Of a DNA stretch of 64,000 bases, positions 47,234 to 57,072 are shown piece after piece. Source of the DNA: Lachnospiraceae bacterium (GTDB lineage: Bacteria; Bacillota; Clostridia; Lachnospirales; Lachnospiraceae). Numbering within the stretch: the stretch's first letter is position 1; each line of letters starts with the position of its first letter. Under the pieces are notes generated by a model, which was given only the letters and a program-made list of their open reading frames with translations, was not told the origin of the DNA and did no database searches. The DNA lies in assembly GCA_017544405.1 (NCBI GenBank), contig JAFYEE010000075.1:3613-67612 (forward strand), given 5' to 3'. The translations under genes and the position numbers were made by a program.

Positions 47234-49854
47234 AACTGATATCCTGTCACATTGAAAATTTCGGTCGCCTCAGCGATTATTCCCTTTCCTTCGCGGAGGG
47301 GCTCAATACGATCTGTCACGAGAACGGCTGGGGCAAGAGTACCCTGGCGGTCTTCCTTCGCGTGATGCTCTATGGCTTTGAGAACGAAGGAAAGCGCAGC
47401 ACGGAGGAAAACGAGCGCAAGAGGTTCCGGCCGTGGCAGAAGGGAACCTACGGCGGGACGCTGACTTTTGAAGCGGGCGGAAGGACCTATGAGGTTACGG
47501 AGGTATTCGGATCCAAAGCCTCGGAGGACAGCTTTCAGATCAAGGATGCGCAGACACATCTGGGCAGCGAGGACTTCGGTCGCCCGGTGCCCGGGAAAGG
47601 GTGTCTGCTGCAGCAGGCGGACGATGCCCGGATGACGCTGGGGCAGGCCCTGTTTCGTATCGACAGTGCCTCCTTTATGCGGACGATCTATGTGCCGCAG
47701 CTCGGCTGTGACACTTCCGTCACTTCCGATATAAGTGCCAAGATCGGCAATCTCTCGGACGAGACGGCGGATCTGGGGCGGTATGATGCGGCGAAGGAGC
47801 TGCTGAAGAAGAATCTGGATGCCATCACGGAGGACCGGGCGACCGGAGAGATCGCGAAGAAGAAAAAGCAGGTGGCCGATCTGCGGACGCTGATGCTTCA
47901 GGAGACCCCGCTCACGGAGAGCAGGGAGCAGCTGGAAGCCGATCTGCGGGAGCTGGGGCGCAGCCGGGAGGAGAATCTGGAGGCGCAGGAAGCGGTACGT
48001 GCGCTGATCGCGAAGGAGAACCGGCGTCTGATCCGCGCGAAGGAACGGGAAGAGGCGAAGCGTCTTCGGGAGGAGGCAAAGCGCGTCCGCGCCGAGGCGG
48101 AGGCTGAGCGCGCTGCGCTTTTACAGGAGCGCGCGGAGCAGGAAAATCAGCGCAACCAGCGGCAGGCGGACCGGGAAAAGCGCCGCCTCGAATGGGAGAA
48201 GAAGCGGGATGCGCTGACCGGAAAGCGGGACTATTACGAGAGTCTTCTGCGGGCGCGGAAGGAGGCCGAACGGCAGGTGCTGGAGCTCCGGGATTCTTTC
48301 CCGCACGGGATTCCGTCCGGGGACGAATATCGCAGGATCAGCATGGCGGCTTCCCATCTGGATGTGGATGCGTCGGATGCGCGAAACGCGGCGCTCGGGA
48401 ACGCGGACCGGGCCTATCTGGAAGAGCTTGCGAAGCAGTTCGAGGAAGAGGTGCCCGGCAAGGAGGAGCTCGCGGAGGTGGAGGAGCTGATCGGCCGCAG
48501 GAATGCGCTCAGGGCTCCGGTTTTCCTTGGGGGGATCCTGCTTGCGGCCGGGGGGATTCTGGTCGCGGCCGGGATCCTGACGCTGGTGCTCGCGCCGGAA
48601 TCTGCGGCGGTCGGGACGGTGCTTGCCATCGCCGGTGCGGCTTTGCTGCTCATCAGTGCCTGGAGGCTTTCGGCGGAGCGGCAGTACCGGAAAAAGATCG
48701 CGTATCTGGACGGAGAGATCGGGCGCTTCTTCCGGCATTTCGGCCGGGTTCCGGAGGCGAACCGTCTGACGGATGCGCTCTTTACGCTCCGACAGGACAT
48801 CCGTTCCTACGAGCGTCTGCTGGAGGCACGGCAGAAGGAGGAGGAAGCACAGGAGCGCCTTCGGAAGAACCGGACGGAGGTGGAGGATTTCCTGGAAAGG
48901 TACGTGGCCGGAGAGGAACAGACTTCCGCTTCCTGTGAAGAGCGGTTCCAGGAGGTTCAGAAGAAGATGCAGCGCCTGGAGATGCTGCAGGAGAAGGAAA
49001 AGCAGTGCCGCGAGGACCTGTATGCCTTCGAGGACCGGGAACTGCCCGAGACGATGGAGGAGCTGCGCCATCCGGAGCGCATGGAACAGATGCCGGCGGA
49101 GCTTCTGGAGGAGGAACCGGCTCTGCCGGAGCTGCTCCTGCCGCCCCTGCCGGAGCTGCCCGCCGAAGAGGACGAGGCTCCGGATGCGGAAGCATCCGAT
49201 GCGCAGGACGGGGAGGAGACGAACCTGCCCGGTCCGTCCATGGAAGAACTGACCCAAAAGGAAAAGGAGCTTCGCGGGCAGGCGGAAGAGCTGCAGGAGA
49301 GGAAAAACCTGCTGCTTTCGCGCCTTTCCAAGCTGGAGGAGGATCTCGCCGGGATCCGGGACGGAGCCCGGGAACTGGAGGAGGGAGAGGCAAAGCTTCA
49401 GGAGCTTATGGCGAAACGGGATGTGATGCAGCTTACGCAGGAGTACCTGACCCGTGCCAGAGAGTCCTTCTCTGCGCATTATATGAACCCGATCCTGGCC
49501 GGCTTCGAGAAATACTATGAGCTGCTCTCACCGGGAGACGGGAAGGCTTACGAGCTGGATGCGAATCTGGATCTGAAGCTGAAGGAGTTCGGATCGGAGC
49601 ATTCCGTGGAGTTCTTAAGTGCGGGCTACCGGGATCTGGTGGCGCTGTGCAGGAGAATGGCAATGGCGGATGCCATGTACGAGGAGGAAAAGCCCTTCCT
49701 GATCCTGGACGATCCCTTCGTCAATCTGGACCGCGGGAAGCTCGGCGGTGCCCTTGATTTTCTGAGGGCGCTGGCGCAGGAACATCAGCTGATCTATTTC
49801 ACCTGTCATGAGAGCCGGATTCTGGGAGCGGAGGGCTCGGCAGAAAGGATCTGA
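47230..49854 (+). CDS. SbcC/Rad50-like ATPase (YhaN-like) with central TM hairpin
   Basis: IENFGRL, Walker A NGWGKST, coiled coils, LSAG signature, Walker B FLILDDPFVNLD, FTCH; 4-bp overlap. Confidence 0.88.
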   Translation: MKLISCHIENFGRLSDYSLSFAEGLNTICHENGWGKSTLAVFLRVMLYGFENEGKRSTEENERKRFRPWQKGTYGGTLTFEAGGRTYEVTEVFGSKASEDSFQIKDAQTHLGSEDFGRPVPGKGCLLQQADDARMTLGQALFRIDSASFMRTIYVPQLGCDTSVTSDISAKIGNLSDETADLGRYDAAKELLKKNLDAITEDRATGEIAKKKKQVADLRTLMLQETPLTESREQLEADLRELGRSREENLEAQEAVRALIAKENRRLIRAKEREEAKRLREEAKRVRAEAEAERAALLQERAEQENQRNQRQADREKRRLEWEKKRDALTGKRDYYESLLRARKEAERQVLELRDSFPHGIPSGDEYRRISMAASHLDVDASDARNAALGNADRAYLEELAKQFEEEVPGKEELAEVEELIGRRNALRAPVFLGGILLAAGGILVAAGILTLVLAPESAAVGTVLAIAGAALLLISAWRLSAERQYRKKIAYLDGEIGRFFRHFGRVPEANRLTDALFTLRQDIRSYERLLEARQKEEEAQERLRKNRTEVEDFLERYVAGEEQTSASCEERFQEVQKKMQRLEMLQEKEKQCREDLYAFEDRELPETMEELRHPERMEQMPAELLEEEPALPELLLPPLPELPAEEDEAPDAEASDAQDGEETNLPGPSMEELTQKEKELRGQAEELQERKNLLLSRLSKLEEDLAGIRDGARELEEGEAKLQELMAKRDVMQLTQEYLTRARESFSAHYMNPILAGFEKYYELLSPGDGKAYELDANLDLKLKEFGSEHSVEFLSAGYRDLVALCRRMAMADAMYEEEKPFLILDDPFVNLDRGKLGGALDFLRALAQEHQLIYFTCHESRILGAEGSAERI

Positions 49855-49972
49855 GAAAAAGTCTCAAAATCAGGCTCTGCTTTCCCTGTGAATACTGAAA
49901 ACAGGTGGCGGCGGAGCCCTTTTTGTGGTACAATGATATTTCCCTATCAGGCTGTTTACGGAGGGTAAAAAA

Positions 49973-50230
49973 ATGATTGGCATATGCCTGATTTTCATAC
50001 TGGTGATGGTGCTTCTGATCATCAACCTGCGCAGGCAGCACCGCAGGGACAGCTCCGTGGATATGGGGAGCGGTATGCTGGGGCGTTCGCGGGTGAAGGT
50101 GGAATGCGTGAACTGTCATCAGGTATTCCCCGCGGTTTCGGACCGTCTGGATCTGCTGAGCGACCGGCCTCAGAACTATGTCAATTGTCCGTATTGTCAT
50201 CGCGGCACAAAGGTTACCATCGTGCGATGA
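49973..50230 (+). CDS. Small membrane-anchored zinc-ribbon protein
   Basis: N-terminal TM; CVNC...CPYC; RBS GGAGG; TGGTACAAT at 49926. Confidence 0.75.
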   Translation: MIGICLIFILVMVLLIINLRRQHRRDSSVDMGSGMLGRSRVKVECVNCHQVFPAVSDRLDLLSDRPQNYVNCPYCHRGTKVTIVR

Positions 50231-50273
50231 GCGAGGTGGACGGAAGGAACGCGCTGCTGCGCAAAGAGGAAAA

Positions 50274-51077
50274 ATGATCAAAGAAGTAAGAGTCCACACA
50301 CTGGAAGAATTGATGCCGCTTCTGTCGGAGCAGGAATACCGCAAGGATCTGCACCGGAACCGGAGCAGTTATCTGTACCGGGGGATGCCGGATGCATCCT
50401 TCCGGATGTATACGAGTCTCAGCAGGAACTGCAAGAACCTGTCGAAGACGCTGGAGCCTGCGATCCTGGAGAATTTTGCCAAGTATGCCGTGATCGGAGA
50501 TCCCTCCATCGCGGAATCGGTCTGGAGACAGATGATCCTCGGTCAGCATTACGGTCTGCCCACGAGGCTGCTGGACTGGACGCATTCGGCTCTGGTCGGT
50601 CTGCATTTTGCCATGTCCGAGACGGAGATGGATGAGATGGATCAGCACGACTGTATGGTCTGGCGGATCGACATGAATGAGATGTATGCGCTTCTTCCGG
50701 AGGCGTACCAGACCCTTCTGAACCGGAATCTTTCCACGATCTATTCGGTGGATATGCTCCGCGAGATCACGGGGAACAGTCTGCAGAAGTACGACGAGGA
50801 CATGGGGAAGGATGCGATGGTGATCATTGAGCCCCCTTCCGTCAACACGCGGATCGTCAATCAGTATTCCTTCTTCTCGGTGGTTCCGATGGAGATGACG
50901 GACATTGAAGGGTTCCTGGAGAATCGAACGCACAATACGGTGAAGTATATCATCGACGGGCAGCTGCGCTGGAGGGTGCGGGATATGCTGGATCAGCTGA
51001 ATATCAGCGAGCGGATCATGTATCCCGGACTGGATGGGCTGTCGAAGTGGATTGCAAGGCATTATTACGTGAAGTGA
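50274..51077 (+). CDS. FRG domain protein
   Basis: YLYRG, QHYGLPTRLLDWT, LHFA, RIVNQYSFF, MYPGLDG; RBS AGAGG. Confidence 0.9.
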   Translation: MIKEVRVHTLEELMPLLSEQEYRKDLHRNRSSYLYRGMPDASFRMYTSLSRNCKNLSKTLEPAILENFAKYAVIGDPSIAESVWRQMILGQHYGLPTRLLDWTHSALVGLHFAMSETEMDEMDQHDCMVWRIDMNEMYALLPEAYQTLLNRNLSTIYSVDMLREITGNSLQKYDEDMGKDAMVIIEPPSVNTRIVNQYSFFSVVPMEMTDIEGFLENRTHNTVKYIIDGQLRWRVRDMLDQLNISERIMYPGLDGLSKWIARHYYVK

Positions 51078-51084
51078 ATTTGTC

Positions 51085-51263
51085 GGGCGATTCGGGAAGT
51101 GTTTGCCCGCGCTGGCGGGCTCGATCACTAAGCTCGCAGCACGCATACCGGCAGTCACTCGCTTCGGGAAATGGTTTCCCTGCGCTCGCTCCTGGGACGC
51201 GCACTGCTTGCTAAGTGACGCCCCGCAGGTCCGCTTCGGGCAAATCAGCTTCCCGAAGCGCCC
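51085..51263 (+). repeat. Structured non-coding element, copy 1
   Basis: Long closing stem 51085-51109 / 51237-51263; core shared with the inverted copy 2. Confidence 0.75.
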
Positions 51264-51393
51264 TCGGATGATACCGCTTCCCGGACATTACACGATCAGC
51301 GCCCGCAGGTGTGATTGCCGGCCGCTCGTGTCGCTCACCAGGTAGCACGGAACCGTGATTCTTTAGTCCATCGCACCAGTCCAGGGACCCGAG

Positions 51394-51573
51394 CGGAAGA
51401 TATATGTCCGCCTGATGAAATGCGGGTTGTCACTTAGCGAGCGGTGCGAAATGCGCAGTGGCGGACGGGCGTTTGTCTGAGCGAAGCGAGTTAGCCCGGA
51501 CGACACTTGCATTGGTATGAGCAGCGGCGAGGTTAGTGATCGAACCCGCCATCAGGGGACATATGCTTCCCGA
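51394..51573 (-). repeat. Structured non-coding element, copy 2 (inverted)
   Basis: Reverse complement shares TGGCGGGyTCGATCACTAAsCTCGCmGC..CATACC, ACTCGCTTCG and CGCACyGCTyGCTAAGTGACrmCCCGCA with copy 1; has its own closing stem. Confidence 0.75.
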
Positions 51574-51652
51574 GGGTTCCGGAACTCGTATCTTTCTCTG
51601 CACCCCGAGCGGGCGCGTGACGAAAGCACCAAAGACATAAAAGGACAGAAGT

Positions 51653-54253
51653 ATGGATAAATATCAGGTTACCGGGATGAGCTGCGCCGCCTGTCAGGCC
51701 AGAGTGGAGAAGGCAGTCAGCGCGGTTCCCGGAGTGAAAAGCTGCGCGGTCAGCCTCCTGACGAACTCGATGGGCGTCGAAGGAGACGCCGACCCCGCAG
51801 CCATCGTGGAAGCGGTGGAGAAAGCCGGCTACGGCGCTTCGCTGCAGGAGGATCGAAGCGGAGAAGCGCAGGCGGGGAAAACCGCCGCATATACGCAGCG
51901 TCTCGCCCGGCAGGAAGAGGCGCTGAAGGATACCGAGACACCGAAGCTCAGGGAACGCCTCCTGACCTCCCTCGGATTCCTGCTGCTTCTCATGTACTTT
52001 TCCATGGGACATATGATGTTCGGCTGGCCTCTTCCGGCGTTTTTGGAAGGGAACCACATCGCCATGGGGCTCGTGCAGATGCTCCTGTGCATCATCGTCA
52101 TGGGCATCAACCAGAAGTTTTTCATCAGCGGCTTCCGGTCCTTCTTTCACGGAGCCCCCAATATGGACACGCTCATCGCCATGGGCTCCATGACCGGGTT
52201 CCTGTACTCTGTCGTGATCCTCTTTCTCATGACAGGGGCGGTCGTTTCCGGGGACCATACCGCGGTCATGCATTACATGGATGAATTCTACTTCGAGGCA
52301 TCCGCCATGATCCTCACGCTGATCACGCTCGGCAAGATGCTCGAAGCCAGGTCCAAGGGCAGGACCACCGACGCCCTGAAGAGTCTGATGCGTCTCGCTC
52401 CGAAGACCGCCTGCGTGCTGCGCGGAGAGGAGGAGCAGGTACTGCCCATCGAAGAGGTGCGGATCGGAGATCTGTTCCTCGTCCGTCCCGGAGAAAATAT
52501 TCCCGTCGACGGGGAGGTCGTCGAAGGAACCGGCGCGGTGAACGAGGCGGCCCTCACGGGGGAGAGTCTCCCGGTGGACAAGCAGCCGGGCGATGTCGTA
52601 TCCTCCGCAACCCTCAACCAGTCCGGATTCCTGAAATGCCGGGCGACGCGCGTCGGGGAGGATACCACCCTGGCGCAGATCATACAGATGGTCAGCGACG
52701 CGGCCGCAACCAAAGCACCGGTCGCAAGGCTGGCGGACCGCATCTCCGGGATCTTTGTCCCCGCGGTCATCGGGCTTGCCCTTCTGACTCTGGCGGTCTG
52801 GCTCCTGGTAGGAGCGGCGCCCGGATATGCGCTGGCGCGTGCCATCACGGTGCTGGTTGTCAGCTGTCCCTGCGCATTGGGACTTGCGACGCCCGTATCG
52901 ATCATGGTCGGTAACGGTCTCGGTGCCCGCAGCGGCATTCTCTTCAAGACCGCGGAAGCGCTGCAGGAGACCGGCAATATCCGCATCGTGGCACTGGATA
53001 AAACCGGTACGATCACAAGCGGGCAGCCGGAGGTGACGAATCTGGTTCCGGCGGAAGGCACAGCGCCGTCCGAGCTTCTCGAGAAAGCCTGCGCGCTGGA
53101 GGAAAAAAGTGAGCATCCTCTGGCCGGTGCCGTCCTGCGCTATGCGAAGCAGCAGGGCGTCCGGATCACGGAAGGGACCGAAGACTTCCGGGCGATGCCG
53201 GGCAATGGCCTGAGCGGAATCTACCGCGGAAAGGCCTTAAGCGGCGGCAACCTCGCCTTTATCGAGCAGGGATGCGCGGTGCCTGAGCTCATGCGGGAGA
53301 CTGCACGCCAGATGGCGCAGAAGGGCAGGACACCGATCTATTTTGCCGAAGACGGCCGGCTTCTGGGGATGATCTGCGTGGCCGATCCCATCAAGGAGGA
53401 CAGCGCGGAGGCGATCTCACAGCTTCGCGGGATGGGCATTCGCGTCGTCATGCTGACCGGGGATAACCGCCTGACGGCGCAGGCCATCGGTGCGCAAGCC
53501 GGTGTGGACGAGGTCGTGGCCGAGGTCCTCCCGCAGGGGAAGGAAGCCGTGATCCGTAAGCTGCAGGAGCAGGGCAGCGTGGCCATGGTGGGAGACGGGA
53601 TCAACGATGCACCCGCCCTGACGGCGGCCGAGATCGGAATCGCCATCGGTGCCGGAGCGGATGTGGCCATCGACGCCGCCGATGTGGTGCTGATGAAGAG
53701 CAGACTGAGCGATGTGGCAGCCGCGGTTCGCCTGAGCAGAGCCACCTACCGCAACATTCTGGAGAACCTTTTCTGGGCACTGATCTACAATGTACTCCTG
53801 ATCCCGGCGGCGGCCGGGGTTTATGCCCGGGCCTTCGGGATCAACATGAATCCTATGCTGGGGGCGGCGGCCATGAGTCTGAGCAGCTTCTGTGTGGTCA
53901 CGAACGCGCTGCGTCTGAACCTTGTGAAGGTGTACGATACGCGTCACGACCGGAATCGGTTCAAAGGCAGACGGCATGCCGGGCTGCAGGAAACTCTAAA
54001 CACAGAACAACCTTTGGAAAAAGAGAAAGGAAGTATTACAATGGAGAAAACGATCCGTATTGAAGGAATGATGTGTGCGCACTGTGAGGCAAGCGTGCAA
54101 AAGGCTCTGGAGGCGCTGGACGGCGTATCTTCCGCACAGGTCAGCCACGAGAAGGGAACCGCTGTGGTCACCCTCACCTCGGATGTGGAGGAAGCGGTAC
54201 TGAAAAAGGCTGTGGAAGACAAGGATTACAAGGTCGTCGGCTTCGAGGGATAA
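51653..54253 (+). CDS. copA: Copper-translocating P1B-type ATPase with N- and C-terminal HMA domains
   Basis: GMSCAAC, TGES, CPC, DKTGT, SEHP, GDGINDAP, YN, MSLSS, C-terminal GMMCAHC. Confidence 0.93.
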   Translation: MDKYQVTGMSCAACQARVEKAVSAVPGVKSCAVSLLTNSMGVEGDADPAAIVEAVEKAGYGASLQEDRSGEAQAGKTAAYTQRLARQEEALKDTETPKLRERLLTSLGFLLLLMYFSMGHMMFGWPLPAFLEGNHIAMGLVQMLLCIIVMGINQKFFISGFRSFFHGAPNMDTLIAMGSMTGFLYSVVILFLMTGAVVSGDHTAVMHYMDEFYFEASAMILTLITLGKMLEARSKGRTTDALKSLMRLAPKTACVLRGEEEQVLPIEEVRIGDLFLVRPGENIPVDGEVVEGTGAVNEAALTGESLPVDKQPGDVVSSATLNQSGFLKCRATRVGEDTTLAQIIQMVSDAAATKAPVARLADRISGIFVPAVIGLALLTLAVWLLVGAAPGYALARAITVLVVSCPCALGLATPVSIMVGNGLGARSGILFKTAEALQETGNIRIVALDKTGTITSGQPEVTNLVPAEGTAPSELLEKACALEEKSEHPLAGAVLRYAKQQGVRITEGTEDFRAMPGNGLSGIYRGKALSGGNLAFIEQGCAVPELMRETARQMAQKGRTPIYFAEDGRLLGMICVADPIKEDSAEAISQLRGMGIRVVMLTGDNRLTAQAIGAQAGVDEVVAEVLPQGKEAVIRKLQEQGSVAMVGDGINDAPALTAAEIGIAIGAGADVAIDAADVVLMKSRLSDVAAAVRLSRATYRNILENLFWALIYNVLLIPAAAGVYARAFGINMNPMLGAAAMSLSSFCVVTNALRLNLVKVYDTRHDRNRFKGRRHAGLQETLNTEQPLEKEKGSITMEKTIRIEGMMCAHCEASVQKALEALDGVSSAQVSHEKGTAVVTLTSDVEEAVLKKAVEDKDYKVVGFEG

Positions 54254-54273
54254 GAAACCGGCCGGAGGGCAAT

Positions 54274-55404
54274 ATGAGTACTTCATCAGTAGAAACCATG
54301 AGGCGGGACAAGGTGATCGTCCGGACCAGCATCATCGGCATCGCAGTGAATGTGCTGCTGGCGGCCTTCAAGGCACTGGTCGGAGTCTTGACCCATTCCA
54401 TCGCCATCGTGCTGGATGCGGTCAATAATCTGAGCGATGCCATCTCCTCCATCATCACCATCGTCGGCACCAAGCTGGCGGGGAAGCCGGCGGACAAGGA
54501 TCATCCCTACGGCCACGGGCGCGCGGAATACCTGACGGCCGTCGTCATCGCCGTTATCATCCTCTATGCCGGTGCCACCTCGCTGATCGAATCCATCAAA
54601 AAGATCCTTCACCCCGAGACTCCGGACTATACCATAACCAGCCTGGTGATCGTCGGCGTGGCCGTGGCGGTCAAGATCGTGCTCGGCCGCTATGTCAGGA
54701 GCATCGGGGAAAAGGTGAAATACGATTCTCTGATCGCCTCCGGAACGGACGCGATGATGGACGCTGTCATCTCTGCGGCTACCTTGCTGGCAGCTTTCAT
54801 TTTCCTCTTCTCGGGCCTTTCTCTGGAGGCCTGGCTGGGCGCTGTCATCTCCGTGGTCATCCTGAAATCCGGCTATGATCTGATCAGCGGGACCATCAGC
54901 GAGATCCTCGGGGAGCGGGTCGACAGCACCCTGTCCAAAGAACTGAAAGCGACCGTATGCTCCTTCCCCGATGTTCGGGGGGCTTATGATCTGGTGCTGC
55001 ACGACTACGGCCCTGACCGGCTGCAGGGATCGGTGCATATCGAGATCCCGGACTATTACAACGCGGCACAGATCGATGATCTCGTGCGCAGGATCCAGGA
55101 AAAGGTCTACTATGAGCATCACGTGATCCTCAATGCGGTCAGCATTTACTCGTATAATACGACCAATGATGAAGCGGCCCGGATTCGCGAGGATATCCGC
55201 AGCATCGTCATGAGTCATGACGGGATCCTGCAGATCCACGGTTTTTTCCTGTCGGAGGATCCCAAGAGCATCCGGTTTGACATGGTGGTGGATTTTGCCG
55301 TTCAGGACAAAAAGGAACTGTACCGGGATGTCTACAACGAGATCCTGGCTAAATATCCGGCCTATCAGCTGAACATAGCGGTGGATACGGATCTGAGCGA
55401 CTGA
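54274..55404 (+). CDS. Cation diffusion facilitator family transporter
   Basis: DAVNNLSD, KPADKDHPYGHGRAEY, LHDYGP, C-terminal dimerisation domains. Confidence 0.92.
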   Translation: MSTSSVETMRRDKVIVRTSIIGIAVNVLLAAFKALVGVLTHSIAIVLDAVNNLSDAISSIITIVGTKLAGKPADKDHPYGHGRAEYLTAVVIAVIILYAGATSLIESIKKILHPETPDYTITSLVIVGVAVAVKIVLGRYVRSIGEKVKYDSLIASGTDAMMDAVISAATLLAAFIFLFSGLSLEAWLGAVISVVILKSGYDLISGTISEILGERVDSTLSKELKATVCSFPDVRGAYDLVLHDYGPDRLQGSVHIEIPDYYNAAQIDDLVRRIQEKVYYEHHVILNAVSIYSYNTTNDEAARIREDIRSIVMSHDGILQIHGFFLSEDPKSIRFDMVVDFAVQDKKELYRDVYNEILAKYPAYQLNIAVDTDLSD

Positions 55405-55428
55405 TCCGTCGCCTGAAAGGGGGAAATA

Positions 55429-57057
55429 ATGGCAAAGTACAACGAGGCTTTATACCGCGCGGGGTTGTCTCTTTATCTCCTGATCTACGAGATCGATCTC
55501 GACAGGGACTGGATCCATCTGGTGTATGAGACCGAGGAGCAGGGCTCCTTCGGGATGGCAAAGGAAATGGTCTATTCCGAGTTCCTCGCAAAATACATTG
55601 TCGAGCGCGTGGATCTGGATTTTCAGGAACAGCAGAAGACCTTCGGTGATCCGGACTATCTGCGGGAGAACCTTCCGAAGGAGAAGGTCATCAAGAGCAG
55701 CTACACGGCCAATTACGGGAAGTGGCGGCAGACCGAATGGCGCATCGGAGAGATGAAAGGCGGAGAGCTTAAGAGTGTATTTTTCTGCTTCCGCCGTGTC
55801 GACGATGACCGCGCAGCCACCTTCCGTCTGCGCCAGGAGAACGAGCGTGGACGCATACTGCTGGAGATGGCGCTGAAGGAAGCCAATGCGGCCAATCAGG
55901 CGAAGACGACTTTCCTCGAGAATGTGTCCCATGATATCCGTACACCGATGAACGCGGTGATGGGATATACCACGCTGGCTCTGACCAAAGTGGAGAAGGG
56001 AAGCGAGATCGAGGAATATCTGAACAACATCATGAGCGCCAGCCGGGAGCTGGTCGCGATGATGGACAATCTGCTGGATGTCACGCGCATCGAGAGCGGC
56101 CGCGAGCACATCGTGGAGAGTGAGGAGAGCCTGCAGTCCATCGTGGGAGAGCTTCGTACCACCTTCCTGCAGGTCGCGCGGGAGGAGCATCAGAAGTTCC
56201 GCGTCTCGATGGAGACTCCGGACCGCCTGATCCTCTGCGATCGCGGACACCTCCTTCAGGTGCTGATGATCCTGCTGAACAATTCCCACAAATATTCGGA
56301 GAAGGGGACGGAAATCCTTCTGACCGTGCGGGAGCAGACGACACCCTTAAGCAGCTACGTGACGATCGAATTTCTGGTGGAGGATCACGGCATCGGCATG
56401 GATGAGGCTTTCGCCCGCAAGGCCTTTGAACCGTTCTCGAGAGAGCGTACCTCCAAGGAGAGCGGGATCCCCGGAAGCGGACTCGGCCTCCCGATCGCGA
56501 AGCAGCTGGTGGAGATGATGGGCGGCAAGATCTATTTTACCAGCGAGAAGGGCAAGGGAACCATCTTCCACGTACTGTTGGATCTGAAGCTGTCTCCGGA
56601 CGACCCGATCCGCATGGAGGAGGAGGACAGAAAGGGAAGTCTGCGGGATCAGGAGAATGCGATCCCCGGGATCTTTGCCGGACACCGTTTCCTGATCGTG
56701 GATGACGAGCCGTCCATACTGGATCAGATGAACCGGATCCTGCGGAAATACGGTGCGGAGGTGGAAGCGGCCGGAAGCGGCGTCGTGGGAACGGAGATGG
56801 TCAAGCGAAGCAATCCGTTCTACTACAATGCCGTGATCATGGACATCAAGATGACCGGTCTGGACGGCTACGGAGCGGCCAAGAGGATCCGGAATCTGGG
56901 GAATCCGGATCTGGCGGGCGTACCGATTCTGGCGATCGGCGTGGAGCCATATCACCTCGACCGTGAGAAGATGAAGAATGTCAGTATTGACGCATATGTC
57001 ACAAAACCGCTCAAGGAATCGGAACTGGTGCGGAAGCTACAGGAGATCAGTCTGTAA
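55429..57057 (+). CDS. Cytoplasmic hybrid histidine kinase (PAS-like, HisKA, HATPase, REC)
   Basis: SHDIRTPMN, LLNNSHKY, DHGIGM, GSGLGL; REC LIVDDE, MDIKM, KP; no TM. Confidence 0.9.
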   Translation: MAKYNEALYRAGLSLYLLIYEIDLDRDWIHLVYETEEQGSFGMAKEMVYSEFLAKYIVERVDLDFQEQQKTFGDPDYLRENLPKEKVIKSSYTANYGKWRQTEWRIGEMKGGELKSVFFCFRRVDDDRAATFRLRQENERGRILLEMALKEANAANQAKTTFLENVSHDIRTPMNAVMGYTTLALTKVEKGSEIEEYLNNIMSASRELVAMMDNLLDVTRIESGREHIVESEESLQSIVGELRTTFLQVAREEHQKFRVSMETPDRLILCDRGHLLQVLMILLNNSHKYSEKGTEILLTVREQTTPLSSYVTIEFLVEDHGIGMDEAFARKAFEPFSRERTSKESGIPGSGLGLPIAKQLVEMMGGKIYFTSEKGKGTIFHVLLDLKLSPDDPIRMEEEDRKGSLRDQENAIPGIFAGHRFLIVDDEPSILDQMNRILRKYGAEVEAAGSGVVGTEMVKRSNPFYYNAVIMDIKMTGLDGYGAAKRIRNLGNPDLAGVPILAIGVEPYHLDREKMKNVSIDAYVTKPLKESELVRKLQEISL

Positions 57058-57072
57058 AGACGGGGGTGTCAA

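Noticed and set aside
51103-51345. 80-aa ORF within the structured element
   Set aside because: No RBS or recognisable features; copy 2 differs by indels, so conservation is at the nucleotide-structure level.
51085-51573. Integron attC sites, tRNA or group II intron remnant
   Set aside because: GTTAG-like words are present but there are no properly paired RYYYAAC/GTTRRRY ends, the copies are inverted and no integrase is present; no cloverleaf or domain V signature recognised.
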